From: Bugula neritina
Taxonomy: Eukaryota > Animalia > Bryozoa
Assembly: GCA_964035545.1 (NCBI GenBank)
Contig: OZ037772.1
Coordinates: forward strand, 1,860,001 to 1,924,000
DNA: 64,000 nt
Direction: 5' to 3'
The notes beneath the pieces were generated by a model that did not search any database, was not told the origin of the DNA, and saw only the letters and a program-made list of their open reading frames with translations. Shown in pieces: positions 41,041-53,307 of this stretch (the first letter of the stretch is position 1; every line of letters begins with the position of its first letter). The position numbers and the translations under genes are program-made.

Positions 41041-41946
41041 ATGGCCCCAGGGGACTCAGCCCCTGAGGCAGCAACACCACCAGCCCTCACTGTTGAGGCG
41101 CTGGTCACAGCCCTCCAGAGATTGCGGGGTCAAGGACAGGCATCACCTGGTGACAGGTATCGCCTCCAGCCCCCGAATTTCGGAGGAGAAGGAGACGTAG
41201 AGCAATTCATCAGGGAGTTCCAGGATGTGGCCACCATCGCTGAATGGCCAGTACGGGTGCGCATCCTCCAACTCCGGGCCTGTCTGACAGGCCGGGCCAA
41301 GAGCTTCGCTCTTGGGCCTGATGAAGAGCACATCATGCGGGCTCTCAGAGCCCGGTTTGGCCTAACAGCCGAAGAAGCAGCTGATCATTTGCAGATAATG
41401 AGGAGGGACCGGAGGACTCCTCTGGAAGATCACGCTAACGAGGTAGAGCGCCTGGCTCAGGCTGCTTTCGGTCAAGCCACTGGCGACGACCGGAAGCGCC
41501 TCGTTTATAACGCGTTCTTCCGGAGCGTTAATCACCCGGACCTGCAGCGATACTGGCTGGCCGCCAAGGTCAACAGTATAGAAGAAGCACTGGAAATGGG
41601 GAAGGCTTACTTCCAGGTGGAAGAGCCTAGGCGACCGAGCTATACAGCCCGCCAAGTGGTCGAGGAGCATGAGGAGACCACCCCACTTCCAACTCCACAG
41701 GTAGCAGCAGCTGCAACTAAATCACCCGAGCAGATGCAGCTCACCATGTTAATGGACATGATGAAAGGCCTGCAGGCTACGGTGACGAAGTTGCAGAGCG
41801 AACAGGCGGATAGGCGGGCTCCCCGATCACGGGACAACCCTGTCCGCCCATCTCTGCTAACCTGTTGGGGGTGCGGGGCGCAAGGGCACGTGAGGAGGCA
41901 CTGCCCTAGAGGCCAAGGGCCTTTAAACACCCAAGGCTCACGGTAA
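41041..41946 (+). CDS. gag: Gag with C-terminal CCHC zinc knuckle
   Basis: 301-aa ORF after the PBS; PPNFGGEGDVEQFIREF capsid-like motif; CWGCGAQGHVRRHC. Confidence 0.95.
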   Translation: MAPGDSAPEAATPPALTVEALVTALQRLRGQGQASPGDRYRLQPPNFGGEGDVEQFIREFQDVATIAEWPVRVRILQLRACLTGRAKSFALGPDEEHIMRALRARFGLTAEEAADHLQIMRRDRRTPLEDHANEVERLAQAAFGQATGDDRKRLVYNAFFRSVNHPDLQRYWLAAKVNSIEEALEMGKAYFQVEEPRRPSYTARQVVEEHEETTPLPTPQVAAAATKSPEQMQLTMLMDMMKGLQATVTKLQSEQADRRAPRSRDNPVRPSLLTCWGCGAQGHVRRHCPRGQGPLNTQGSR

Positions 41947-41966
41947 CTTCCGCCAACCGTGGGCCT
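41922..41966 (+). promoter_or_regulatory. -1 programmed ribosomal frameshift signal (U UUA AAC + 11-bp stem-loop)
   Basis: TTTAAAC at 41922-41928 in gag frame; 5-nt spacer; AGGCTCACGGT (41934-44) pairs with ACCGTGGGCCT (41956-66); the -1 frame is open into pol. Confidence 0.88.
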
Positions 41967-44900
41967 CACGCCAATCCCATCCGGGATAGGACTCGGAGAG
42001 GAGAAGAAGAGACCTCCACAGGGTCTGCCGATACCGAGTGGCAGAGGCCACGGAGATCTCGGAGACCGCAAGGTCTACCCGATCCTCCGGCCGTGCCACT
42101 CGAGACCCGGATGCAGCTAGAAGAAGCAGGATGGCAGGCACCTCGGAGATCTCGGAGACCGCAAGGTCTGCCCGATCCTCCGGCCTGGCCACTCCAGAAC
42201 CGGTTCGCGGGGTTGCCCGAGGAGGTTGTGGAGGAGGATTCAGCTTACTCGCAAGAGTACCCCAAGCTACCCTCCCGACCTCAGAAAACCCCCGTTGTCT
42301 CTAAGACGAAGAGGAGGCCCGCTGTGCGGACCCAAGTTGTGTCTCCCCCAGAGACTGACCGCTCCAGGAGCACCCAGCCGTATGGAAGCAGCTACTTCCT
42401 ACCCGGAAAGATTTCGGGTAAAGCTGCCACATTCCTACTGGATACTGGGTGCACTACCAACCTGCTGAGTAGGCGTCTCTTTGACACTCTTGGTGCACGA
42501 GAGCGGGCGAGCCTCGAGCCGTATGAAGGTGCGCATGGTACGTTGGCGGACGGATCATGCATTCCTTTCTACGGCGTCATTTCACTACCTGGACGCGTCC
42601 GTGATCAAGCAATTCACGAGACGTTCATAGTCAGCCAGCTGAAGGAGGACGCCATCCTGGGAATGCCGTTTCTGGAGAAACACCAGTGTCACATGGATTT
42701 CCAGAAGTCAGTGGTGGTGATGGCTGGGAAGGAACTTGTCTGCGTCGACAAGTTCGGAAGGCCCTTGGTGGGCGGAGTCCAGGTAGTGCGGGACTGCACG
42801 GTTCCGGGGAGATCCCAGGCGACTCTTCGCTGCAGAGTCAACTGCAAGGGGATCGCCGACCTGGGGGTGGTTGAGGGAACGCACGGAGCGATCCGACTAG
42901 CAAACAGCCTAAATCGGCTAGATTGTCGGCAGGAGCTCCTCGTGCAGTGCATCAACCCCTTCACGGAACCTGTCCGATTATCGGCTGGAGCGCTGGTGGG
43001 GAAGTACCACTCCATCCAGGAAGCGGATGTGGGTCCAGCACTGGAGACAGTGGCCGACACCCAGGGGAACCCCCCTCACACCAGACGAGGAGCAGTCCCG
43101 GAGCATATGGCTGACCTGTATGATGGAGCGTGTGGAAACTGTACAAGTAGTACTGAACGCCAAGTACTGGCTCAACTACTTGCGGAGTACAGTGATGTCT
43201 TCAGTCGTGGCGATGGAGACATGGGGCTGACCAAGGTCATCTCCCACGAGATACCCCTGGCAGCCGGCACCACTCCCATCAGGCAGCCTACCCGGCGTCT
43301 AGGCCCGGAGAAGGAGAAGGAGGTGAGCCGACAGGTACAGGATCTTCTCGACCGGGATCTGATTGAGCCTGCCCACGGTGCGTGGAGCTCTCCAGTAGTC
43401 CTGGTCAAGAAGAAGGATGGTAGCTGGAGATTCTGCGTGGACTAGCGCAGACTCAACAGCGTTACCATCCAGGATGCCTACCCTCTCCCACGGATAGATG
43501 AGTCTCTGGATGCCCTCGCGGGTAGCAAGTACTTCAGTACTTTGGATCTGCTTAGCGGGTACTGGCAAGTACCCCTCAGTCCTGATGCCCAGGACAAAGC
43601 AGCGTTCATCACCCGCGACGGGCTCTGGAAGTGGAAAGTACTGCCATTTGGACTAACGTCCGCTCCGGCAACTTTCCAACGGCTCATGGAGCAGGTCCTC
43701 AGTGGGTTACACTGGAAGACCCTCCTCATCTATCTGGACGACGTCATTGTCATCTCCCCAGACTTCTCGACTCATGTCAGTCGTCTGCGGGAGGTCTTTG
43801 ACCATCTCCGGGCAGCTGGACTGAAGCTGAAGCCCTCCAAGTGTGCACTCCTGCAGCCGGAAGTCACGTACCTGGGCCATGTGGTTGGCCGTGATGGGGT
43901 CGCTACCGACCCGGAGAAGGTACAGGCTGTGAAGGAGTGGACTGTCCCCCGTGACCTCCCTGAGTTGCGCGCGTTCCTGGGCCTAGTAGGGTACTACCGG
44001 CAGTACATACCTGGCTTCGCAGGAGTGGCTCAGCCGTTGAATCGGCTGACCGCAAAGGGGGTCCGGTGGCAGTGGACACAGGAGGAGCAGCAGGCATTCG
44101 ACCACCTCAAGCAGCGGCTAATGGAGGCGCCAATTCTGGCGTATCCTGATCCAGCCCAAGAGTACATCCTGGACACCGATGCCAGCGACCACAGCGTGGG
44201 AGCTGTCCTGTCTCAAGTCCAGGGTGGAAGTGAGGTGGTCGTGGCTTACTACAGCAAGACTCTCGCGGCCGCCGAGAAGAACTACTGCACCACTAGGAAG
44301 GAACTCCTAGCAGTAGTCAAGGCGGTCAAGCACTTTCGGCCATATCTGTATGGGAGAACGTTCCGTTTGCGAACAGACCATGCATCACTGATATGGCTGT
44401 GTAAACGTGCGGAGCCCTCGAGCCAGGTGGCTCGTTGGCTAGAGATTCTTGCCGAGTTCTCTTACCGGATAGAGCACCGTGCTGGCCGGAAGCACGGGAA
44501 CGCCGACGGCATGAGCCGCCGGCCGGTAGAGGACTGTAAGCAATGCCTGCACATTGAGAAGCGGGACGGGGGACCCGCTCGCCTTGACGTGGAAACAGAG
44601 TTAGGGGAGGGCGCCGTCTATCGGTGGGAGCACGGCCATCTTCGGACCGAAACCCACTCAGACGACGTCCAGGCACTTCACGCCAACCCCACTCTGTACC
44701 AGAATGTCAAGGAGCTGTGCCGACTCCAGGAGACGCTACCCGGCGCGGTAGCGGACATTTTCCGGGCCAAGAAGGAGGGCCGACGACCTAGCGAGGAACA
44801 GCAGCGGCAGGGAGACGTTGAGTTCCAACTCCTCTGTCGTCGCTGGGATGCCCTCAAGGTCAGTCCTGATGGCCTCCTGATGATAACGTTAGCAGCAGAC

Positions 44901-47021
44901 AACCGTCAGCAGGAGAGGGACCGCGTCGTCTGTCCACGCGCCCTCCGACGGGAACTGATCTGGGACACCCATAAGCAGGCTCATTCTGGAGTCAGTCGGG
45001 TCATCAGGTGTCTGCGGCTGCGTTGGTATTGGCCCGGAATGACTCGGGACGTACGACTGCGGGTACGGCAATGCGAGGTCTGCCAAGCTAGCAAGCATGG
45101 CCGCCCCACGGAAACCACTGGTCGACGCCAGCTGTACGCTGGTCGACCGTGGCAAGTAGTGGCGGTAGACCTCGTCGGGCCTATGCCGTTATCCGCCAGA
45201 GGGAACACCTGGATACTGGTGCTCACGGACCACTTTACCCGGTGGGCGGATGCTCTGGCTATCCCAGACGCAACCGCCCCCACGGTGGCCCGGACCCTGG
45301 ACCAAAATGTGTTCTGTTACCTCGGTTTGCCCGAGCAGATACATACGGACCAGGGCGCCCAGTTCCAGTCCCAGCTCATGGGAGACCTCTGCCGGATATG
45401 GGGGGTGAACCAGAGTCGGACCACCCCATATCACCCGCAAGGGAACGGAGTCGTCGAGCGGAACAACAGGATGTTGGGTGACGCGCTCAGGAGCCTGCTC
45501 CTTGGTCGAGGTCAGGAAGAATGGGACGTGGTGCTGCCGCAGATCATGCGGGCTTACCGCAGCACACCACACTCCGCCACACAGGAGACCCCAAACTTCC
45601 TGATGCTAGGCCGAGAGACGCGGGTCCCGGAACACCTGACATACCATGTTCCTGCCCCCGAGTCACCGGTACACGAATATGTGGAGGGTCTGATGGACAT
45701 CATGGGCAAAGCTCATGATGCGCTGCGCACCCAGCAGTGGCAGACCCGCACAGAGGACTCAGAGGAGCCCCCGTTGTACCAGGTGGGAGACTGGGTCTGG
45801 ATGGTGAGCTACCGTAGGCGACGCGGACAGTCGGCTAAGCTTCAGCCCAAGTTCGTCGGTCCCTACTGCGTAGTGGAGGTGCTGCCCAACCACACGTACC
45901 GTGTGGAGCGCTCTGGACAGATCTCCGTCCAGAGCGAGCAGCGCCTCAAACCTTACCATGCCAGCCCAGACGCGGTGGGTCAGGCTCCACCCCTCCTGGA
46001 GCCCCACCGTCAGCCCAACCGTCGAGGACGGGCCACCCAGCCCCGAGAGGTGGAAATTATGGTTCCCAGAGAGTCGGACCAGGAGCAGGCCGCCTTGATA
46101 GAGCAGCTGGAGCGACAGCAGAGAGAGGAGCGGGAACAGGAACAGCGGCAAGCCCTAGGACCACCACCCTCCCTGGGGGAGGACACCCCCACCCCCGTGT
46201 TGGGTGAAGGCGGGGACCCCCCTACTAGGGTAGCCCAGGAGCCACCAACACCACCGGTGCCTGTTCCAATTGAGAGGAGCCAGCGGTCAAGAAGACCCCC
46301 CAGGTATCTGGCAGACTATGCTGTAGGGCACCTGGAGTGGCCCCCTCATGAGGACAACCCACCCAGTACGGACGACCACCCCATCTTGGCTGGAAATTCC
46401 CTCCATCACCCCGGAGAATTCCACCAAAAAGAAGATTTCACACAGCTAGCACGTGAGTTACAGCTCAAGTTGAATTCTAATCCTGATACCCCTAAGTATA
46501 ATTTAAACACTGTTATTCAGACACTAGCATCAGCTATGGGAATTACCTCGCCAGATACCCAAACAGAGGAGCGTAAGGATACCGAGGAGGCCAGTCGATC
46601 CGACTCCCCTCCCCCACCAGCTCCTGTTTCGGCTCCCCGCAGCCAGCAGTACGACACCCCCTCTTCCGAGGTGTGTTCCGCCAGCGTTAGTGGCCCTGAC
46701 CCCGAACCGGTTGAGCTCCAGCTCACAGCTGGGGAGGAGCAGGGCACTCTATACGGCGACCACCTCGCAGGCAGAGACGAAGAGGACTCTCCAATACTGG
46801 CAATGCCTCGGGCCCTGGTCGCCCGCCAGTATTGGATATCTGGAGCACCAGGCAGCCAGATAGAAGAACAGACTCAGCCAACCCACCCACAATTGCCCCG
46901 TCACGGGCAGAGTATGGCACTTCCTTACCGAGAGTGCATCCTGGATAGCGCAATCGAGGCCTGGTCCCGTATCCTCGATCCAAGTACAGAAGAGATAGGA
47001 AGCCTGGTGCACTACCTCTAA
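41928..47021 (+). CDS. pol: Pol polyprotein (protease, RT, RNase H, integrase with GPY motif, long C-terminal tail) interrupted by one in-frame TAG
   Basis: LLDTG protease; LPFGL and YLDD RT; DASD RNase H; HHCC and DDE integrase; KLQPKFVGPY. ORFs 42093-43445 and 43542-47021 are the same frame; TAG at 43443-43445 replaces Y of FCVDYR. Confidence 0.95.
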
Positions 47022-47198
47022 TGATAAAACCGGACAACCAGGGGCCGCTGGCAATAGCCAACTGAACTGTAAATATTCTCGTGTTACGTGTGATTAATCA
47101 TAATACTTTCCTGTTAACCGCATATTTTTCTACGTTTGTGTTTTATTTTTTGTGTGTGGAATCATTGTTTTGCTATCGAAAAGGGGATGCTTTTCGAT

Positions 47199-47208
47199 GG
47201 GGGGAGAA
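47199..47208 (+). promoter_or_regulatory. Polypurine tract
   Basis: GGGGGGAGAA immediately before the 3' LTR. Confidence 0.9.
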
Positions 47209-47773
47209 TGTAATGGATTTTCACCCTCTATTAGTTTTTAACTGCGTGAGTCAGTATTATAACTACTGTTGCGTATCGTTTTGAATGCTGTAATTATAGC
47301 TAAGTTGCACTAGCTTTCTAATGCCTTATTATTGTGATTAAGCTTTCAGTATAATGTAATTTTCATTAAATACGCATTTCCAGAGTTATTTTCCCTTTTT
47401 GCTATTTCATCGTTTTGCATTAATACTGATACTGGAAATTTGTGTAGCTTTTATGAATGCCTTCAATAGGTTGTTATTATAGCTAAATTCTTGGCCTATT
47501 GAATTATTCATTCTCCTTTGTCTATTTTTCTTTTGTTACTGTCAAGCTTAACTTTCTTTTGTCTGTTGGAACATTCTAGATGTGAATTCTTGTGTATAAA
47601 AGCAGGCGAGTTTCCAGTGTAGCTTCAGACTACTACTGGAGCTCGCTGGTAGTAGGACCACATGAGCTGTATCTGATACAATAAAGGTTATCCTCATTTG
47701 TACTCAAATACTTGGCTTATTCTTTCTAGAGCATGTAGGCACTAGTTGCATTCAGAACCCACAGTTTACTACA
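47209..47773 (+). repeat. 3' LTR (565 bp)
   Basis: No mismatch to the 5' LTR found by eye. Confidence 0.97.
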
Positions 47774-50499
47774 ATATGCCATATTATCATTATATTATAT
47801 TATAATCATACTATATTATAAATATGGTATATTATTATATTATACTATCAATGTACATGACTTGCACCAAGTAGATGCTAAACGTTACCTTTTCTGTGTT
47901 GGCAGCTTGGGGCAGAACTCTTTTGGGTCGAAGGTCTGAAATAGATGGGGAAGAGATGATTCACCGCCCCTAGCAGAGGCGTGATGTCAGGAGAAGAATC
48001 CGAGGCTAAGTTACGACAACTTCTTCTCATGGTGTTGGCGGCTTTGAGAAAGATAGCTCTGTCGTATTCCTTGCCTGAAGACAGGAAACGGGTCATTGTA
48101 CTTCCATAAACAAAGCGTACATGAACTGTATCAGAAGCTCAAACTAACGTCTGTTAATAGTAATGGAAGATATAACAATCTTAATGAGAATTAAAGGCTC
48201 TATTAATAGCAATCATTAAATATTTGAATTTGGATTGTGGGAGGCTAACGCACTCACCCTGAGTAAACATCAGTTTGAACAGAGCACTGAGGTTATCTCC
48301 AATACTGTTGAGACTAGCTATAGCCTGAGAGCACATTTCATATTGCAGGGTCTATGTTGATAAGTTTCATACCTTCCTACTGTAAAGAGACGACAGAGTG
48401 AATAAAAAGGAATAACTAAACAGAGAATACATTCACTAACAGGTGGTTGTCAGGTGGGTGATGTTCCTTACTGCTTCCCTCTGATCACGTGGTGTAACAG
48501 TCAAATATGACATCACATGTCGACTCACTCTGCACTGCGGGTGGCTGTGACAAACAGCGCTCCATACTCAGACCACCCACAGTCCAAGCACCTGGAGCAC
48601 TGCCCAAACATGACAACAAGTGACAAGACAAAGTGCTGCGGATAACTAGCAATACAAAGAGAATTAACAGTCAGAGTATGAAGTTGGTACTCACCAGTTT
48701 GAAGGTGTTCCCAATATCATCTCTATAACTGGTTAGAAAGGATTGCACTTGGTTGAGGACTCTGTTAACAGCACCATAAATATCCTCTTTAGCGTGGCAG
48801 TTGCCGGCACCTGCACAACATGGAATAACTACCACCTGCTATCCGTTGACATATGTGAGACCAGTTGCTAGTGACATCAAATGACAGGTACTTGGTTAGC
48901 AAATTTATACAAATATGAGAGTTCTACTGTCACTTGATCAAAGCTTCCGACACTCTTCGCCTAGTGTGACTCATAAATTATATATGACTTAGGCTAGCAG
49001 GTGAGCATGAGCTCATTTTATAAGCTATGTAGCTCAAAACTATGCAAGCATCCTACCATAAAGAGACACCACTACACCGCACCATTGGTATGAGAGTCTT
49101 CATAAGAACTAAAGCTACACTCAAGCCCCACAAGCATGATAGAATATATCACAGACACTTACTATTGCACATATAGTCTATGAATGAGAGGGTTGCAGTT
49201 AGCTTCTCTGTAGATGTATGGATACATTGAGCAAGGGCACCTTGGGCACATGCCATGGGCACATCTGTTGACAGCTGTCAAGTACATGACAGTACATATT
49301 GATGCACTGCCTTGTCTATGTTACTCAGCAGTGCCTGCAAACAAATATGGAGATATTACTCAGGAAATGAGCAGAATTCTTTTTATTTCAGAGATTTTAC
49401 ATATTCTTAAATTAACAAAGGCATAAATTTCGAACATCTACATAAAATATTGGAGATATGTTAACTTTTTCTGCAACATCTGTAAGTTAAACAGCAAAAA
49501 ACAAGTTTATACCCAACATCTTAATGTCAACCATTGGACAATCACCTGCATGAATTGAATGATGAGCCTGGATATCTTATTGCTGAGCTGTGACATCCTC
49601 TGCACAGTGTCTGCAAGGTGCTCGAGTCAATATCATCACACATACTGGAGCACAGCTGGCACTGTTCCAACAACACCTCCGATGAGGTCACCAGTTGCAG
49701 ACAACACGCCCCTGTAGCTTCTTGACACTGGGAATCTTCTGGCTCTATAAGTTTGTATAATGAGGATATATTTAATACGATGTTATGTGATTATATGGAG
49801 TTGTCATCACAATACAAAATAGTGATAGTTTTGAGCAACAACTCTTATATTATTATATGAACTTATTGAGAAACAGCATCTTGGGAACATAGGCTTTACA
49901 TTACTACATTACCATACATACACATGTATAACAGAAGTTGAACAAAATATTTGTATATTCCTATCCTAAAGATTTAAATATTTTTCAAGTCAGTTGGGTT
50001 TTACCTTTTATATGTACACTGTTCAGTGGAATGCTTCTTTTAAACAAACAAAGTGTTATTTAAACTCATTAATTTTAGTTGCCAAGGGAGATAAAGTTGC
50101 AGATAGTTTCTTTTCCTTTCAGATAAAACGTGTTACATATGCATATGAATATGTGCAACTGATGATAGCAATTATAATACAAATACCTTGCAACATAAAA
50201 TAACACAACACCTGCAAAATACTGCTTACAATCGAATTTGCAGCTCTAACTGTAATATTGAGTCCACCCTGTGGAGTAATGGTAGCAAGCCAGCGGGTGA
50301 ACAGTTTTTAATTGAGTTTTGGGTTTAAAAAGAAATTAGGACTCACCTGCTGACGCTGCCTTGTAGCTCTCCAGAATGCTGCCAGCAGAGATTGTACCCA
50401 ACTCACACTGCCGCAGTATGCAGTCAAACACCTTCCTGCTCCCTGCATTGGTTGCTATAAACAGTACAGAGCTACACGTATGAGATAAGAATGGACTAA

Positions 50500-50748
<249 letters not shown>

Positions 50749-51014
50749 ACAGATCAACAGTTACTGGCATCTAAATTTCCCCACAATTCTCACCTGTTCT
50801 GTGATCTTCACCTTGACCTCTTCCAACTTGTTGTGACTTGGTAACCTGCTGTCTCCACTGTTGGAATCTGGTCTTATACCCTCACTCTCATTGGACAAGT
50901 TGCTAGCTAGTAACGTGCGAGCAGATGGTGTGTTGGTGTTTAATGCTGAGTTATTTCTAGTGTTTACTGCTGCCTGAGAGAGATTCGGCCTCAACTACAA
51001 AACATAACAGGATA

Positions 51015-51779
51015 ATCTACAGTACAAGGAGAGGATCTACAGTACAAGGAGAGAATCTACAGTACAAGGAGAGGATCTACAGTACAAGGAGAAGATCTAC
51101 AGTACAAGGAGAAGATCTACAGTACAAGGAGAAGATCTACAGTACAAAGAGGGGATCTACAGTACAAGGAGAGGATCTACAGTACAAGGAGAAGATCTAC
51201 AGTACAAGGAGAAGATCTACAGTACAAGGAGAGGATCTACAGTACAAGGAGAGGATCTACAGTACAAGGAGAAGATCTACAGTACAAGGAGGGGATCTAC
51301 AGTACAAGGAGAGGATCTACAGTACAAGGAGGGGATCTACAGTACAAGGAGAAGATCTACAGTACAAAGAGGGGATCTACAGTACAAGGAGGGGATCTAC
51401 AGTACAAGGAGGGGATCTACAGTACAAGGAGAAGATCTACAGTACAAGGAGAGGATCTACAGTACAAGGAGAGGATCTACAGTACAAGGAGAGGATCTAC
51501 AGTACAAGGAGAAGATCTACAGTACAAAGAGAAGATCTACAGTACAAGGAGAGGATCTACAGTACAAGGAGAGGATCTACAGTACAAGGAGAGGATCTAC
51601 AGTACAAGGAGAAGATCTACAGTACAAAGAGAGGATCTACAGTACAAGGAGAGGATCTACAGTACAAGGAGAGGATCTACAGTACAAGGAGAGGATCTAC
51701 AGTACAAGGAGGGGATCTACAGTACAAGGAGAAGATCTACAGTACAAGGAGGGGTTCTACAGTACAAGGAGAGGATCTA
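51015..51779. repeat. 20-bp minisatellite (ATCTACAGTACAAGGAGRRG), ~38 copies, intronic
   Basis: Head-to-tail units with no spacers. Confidence 0.98.
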
Positions 51780-51948
51780 ATGTATCTCTTATGGATACTC
51801 TACCAGATGTGTGTATGATATGTGAGTGGTAGATGAACTCACCTGGTCAGCCATTGAGAGTCGAATGAGTTCACTAGATATCACTCCGTCTGTGTCACAC
51901 AGGAAGTGCTTCCTCTGAGAGTTCTGGACCTTTGTCTTCGCTCCTATG

Positions 51949-52077
51949 GCAACAGCAGTGAAACTATTAGTTACTATAGCAACAGCAGTGAAACTATTAG
52001 TTACTATAGCAACAGTAGTGAAATTAGTTACTATAGTAACAGCAGTGAAACTATTAGTTACTATAGCAACAGCAGTG
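51949..52077. repeat. 30-bp minisatellite (GCAACAGCAGTGAAACTATTAGTTACTATA), ~4 copies
   Basis: Directly visible, next to a splice acceptor. Confidence 0.9.
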
Positions 52078-52177
52078 TAACTAGTAGCTAAACTAATTTG
52101 GGCACAGAGCAAATATAAACATACACAGCTATAGTGTACACAGAGTAGATATAAATATACACAGCTATAGTGTACAC

Positions 52178-53307
52178 CAGGGTTGGGGTCAATTACATGT
52201 AAATGTAATTAATTACAATTACATAAAGATTTGTCAATTACAATTACAATTACAGTTAAAAAGTAATGTAATTAATTACAATTACAATTACATGGTAATG
52301 TAATTAATTACAATTACAATTACTTTTGTTCTCACAAGAGATAACTAGAAGTTATACAATGCCACTTCTAGGGTCCAACTACCAGGGGCAATGTTGACAG
52401 TGGTGAACCTCCTTTATTCCCAGCAGTGACACTATAGGGTCAATTCATGCCAAATCAACCAAATTTTAAGGGGTTCCATGCCTTTGCTTCTCAGATTTTG
52501 CTCATATTTACACATGTCCGGAGTACTATTCTGACATGACAGAAAAACTTTTGGAGAAATGACTACATTAGTGGACAAAGGTTGGGAAAACTTTTGAGGA
52601 AAATTTGTGATTTCTACTTTTAAAACAACTTATAAATGTCTATATCTAAACTATTTTTTTAGACTGAGCTTTAAAAATTGATGTAGGAAATATTTAAAAA
52701 AATTTCAAAATTTACAAAAATTTGCCCATATTCAATGGTTTAGCATATATGCACACAGAGTATTCTGTAGTATGTGTTGCTACTAGTGCAAATTGATAGG
52801 TGTTATCAAATCGCACAGCAAATTTTAAGACTTAGTCTAGAAAAATGTTTGAGATATAGATGTTTATAAATTGCTCTAAAAGTAGAAATCACAAATGTTC
52901 CTTAAAGTTTTTCCCAACCTTTGTCCACAAATGTAGTCATTTCTCAAAAAGTTTTCTGTCAGGTCAAAAATATTTAAGAAGAGTACTCAGGACATATGTA
53001 GGCCTATTTGGTGTAAATATAAACAAACTCTGAGACACAAAAGCACCGGCCATGTGGTGAGTTGGCATGGACTTGTTATTTAACAGTAGGCATGGTAGGA
53101 AAAGAATGATTTTTTCAAGATTTAAAAGTTTGAAGTAATTGACATGTAATTATAAAGTAATTGTAAAATTCAATTACATTAGCAATGTAATTAATTACAA
53201 TTACAATTACATGTTTATACATCAATTACAAATTACATTCAATTACTTGAAAAAATGTAATTAATTACAACCAATTACAATTACAAATTACAATTACCCA
53301 AACCCTG
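52178..53307. mobile_element. hAT-type MITE with CAGGGTT TIRs, AATTAC subterminal repeats and 8-bp TSD GTGTACAC
   Basis: CAGGGTTGGG ... CCCAAACCCTG; GTGTACAC at 52170-52177 and 53308-53315. Confidence 0.9.
52437..53075. mobile_element. Nested foldback-like MITE with long imperfect inverted arms
   Basis: GGGTCAATTCATGCCAA / TTGGCATGGACTTG ends; ~52535-52680 is the reverse complement of ~52820-52962; absent from the 37.8-38.2 kb copy of the host MITE. Confidence 0.75.

Larger units (their letters stand above)
40426..47773 (+). mobile_element. Full-length Ty3/Gypsy LTR retrotransposon (7348 bp), recent insertion
   Basis: TG...CA LTRs, ATAT TSD (40422-40425 / 47774-47777), PBS, PPT, gag and PR-RT-RH-IN order. 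Confidence 0.98.

Noticed and set aside
43443-43445. Programmed stop read-through or TAG reassignment
   Set aside because: The stop lies inside a conserved RT motif rather than at a gag-pol boundary; stops elsewhere (CLASP TAG, several TGA/TAA) replace different residues and co-occur with frameshifts, consistent with decay.
46536-47021. env gene
   Set aside because: No signal peptide, furin site or transmembrane segment.
41130-47061. Many short overlapping and antisense ORFs in the Gypsy elements
   Set aside because: Expected in GC-rich coding DNA; no recognisable motifs.
51015-51779. CRISPR-like array
   Set aside because: Units are contiguous with no unique spacers; eukaryotic intronic minisatellite.
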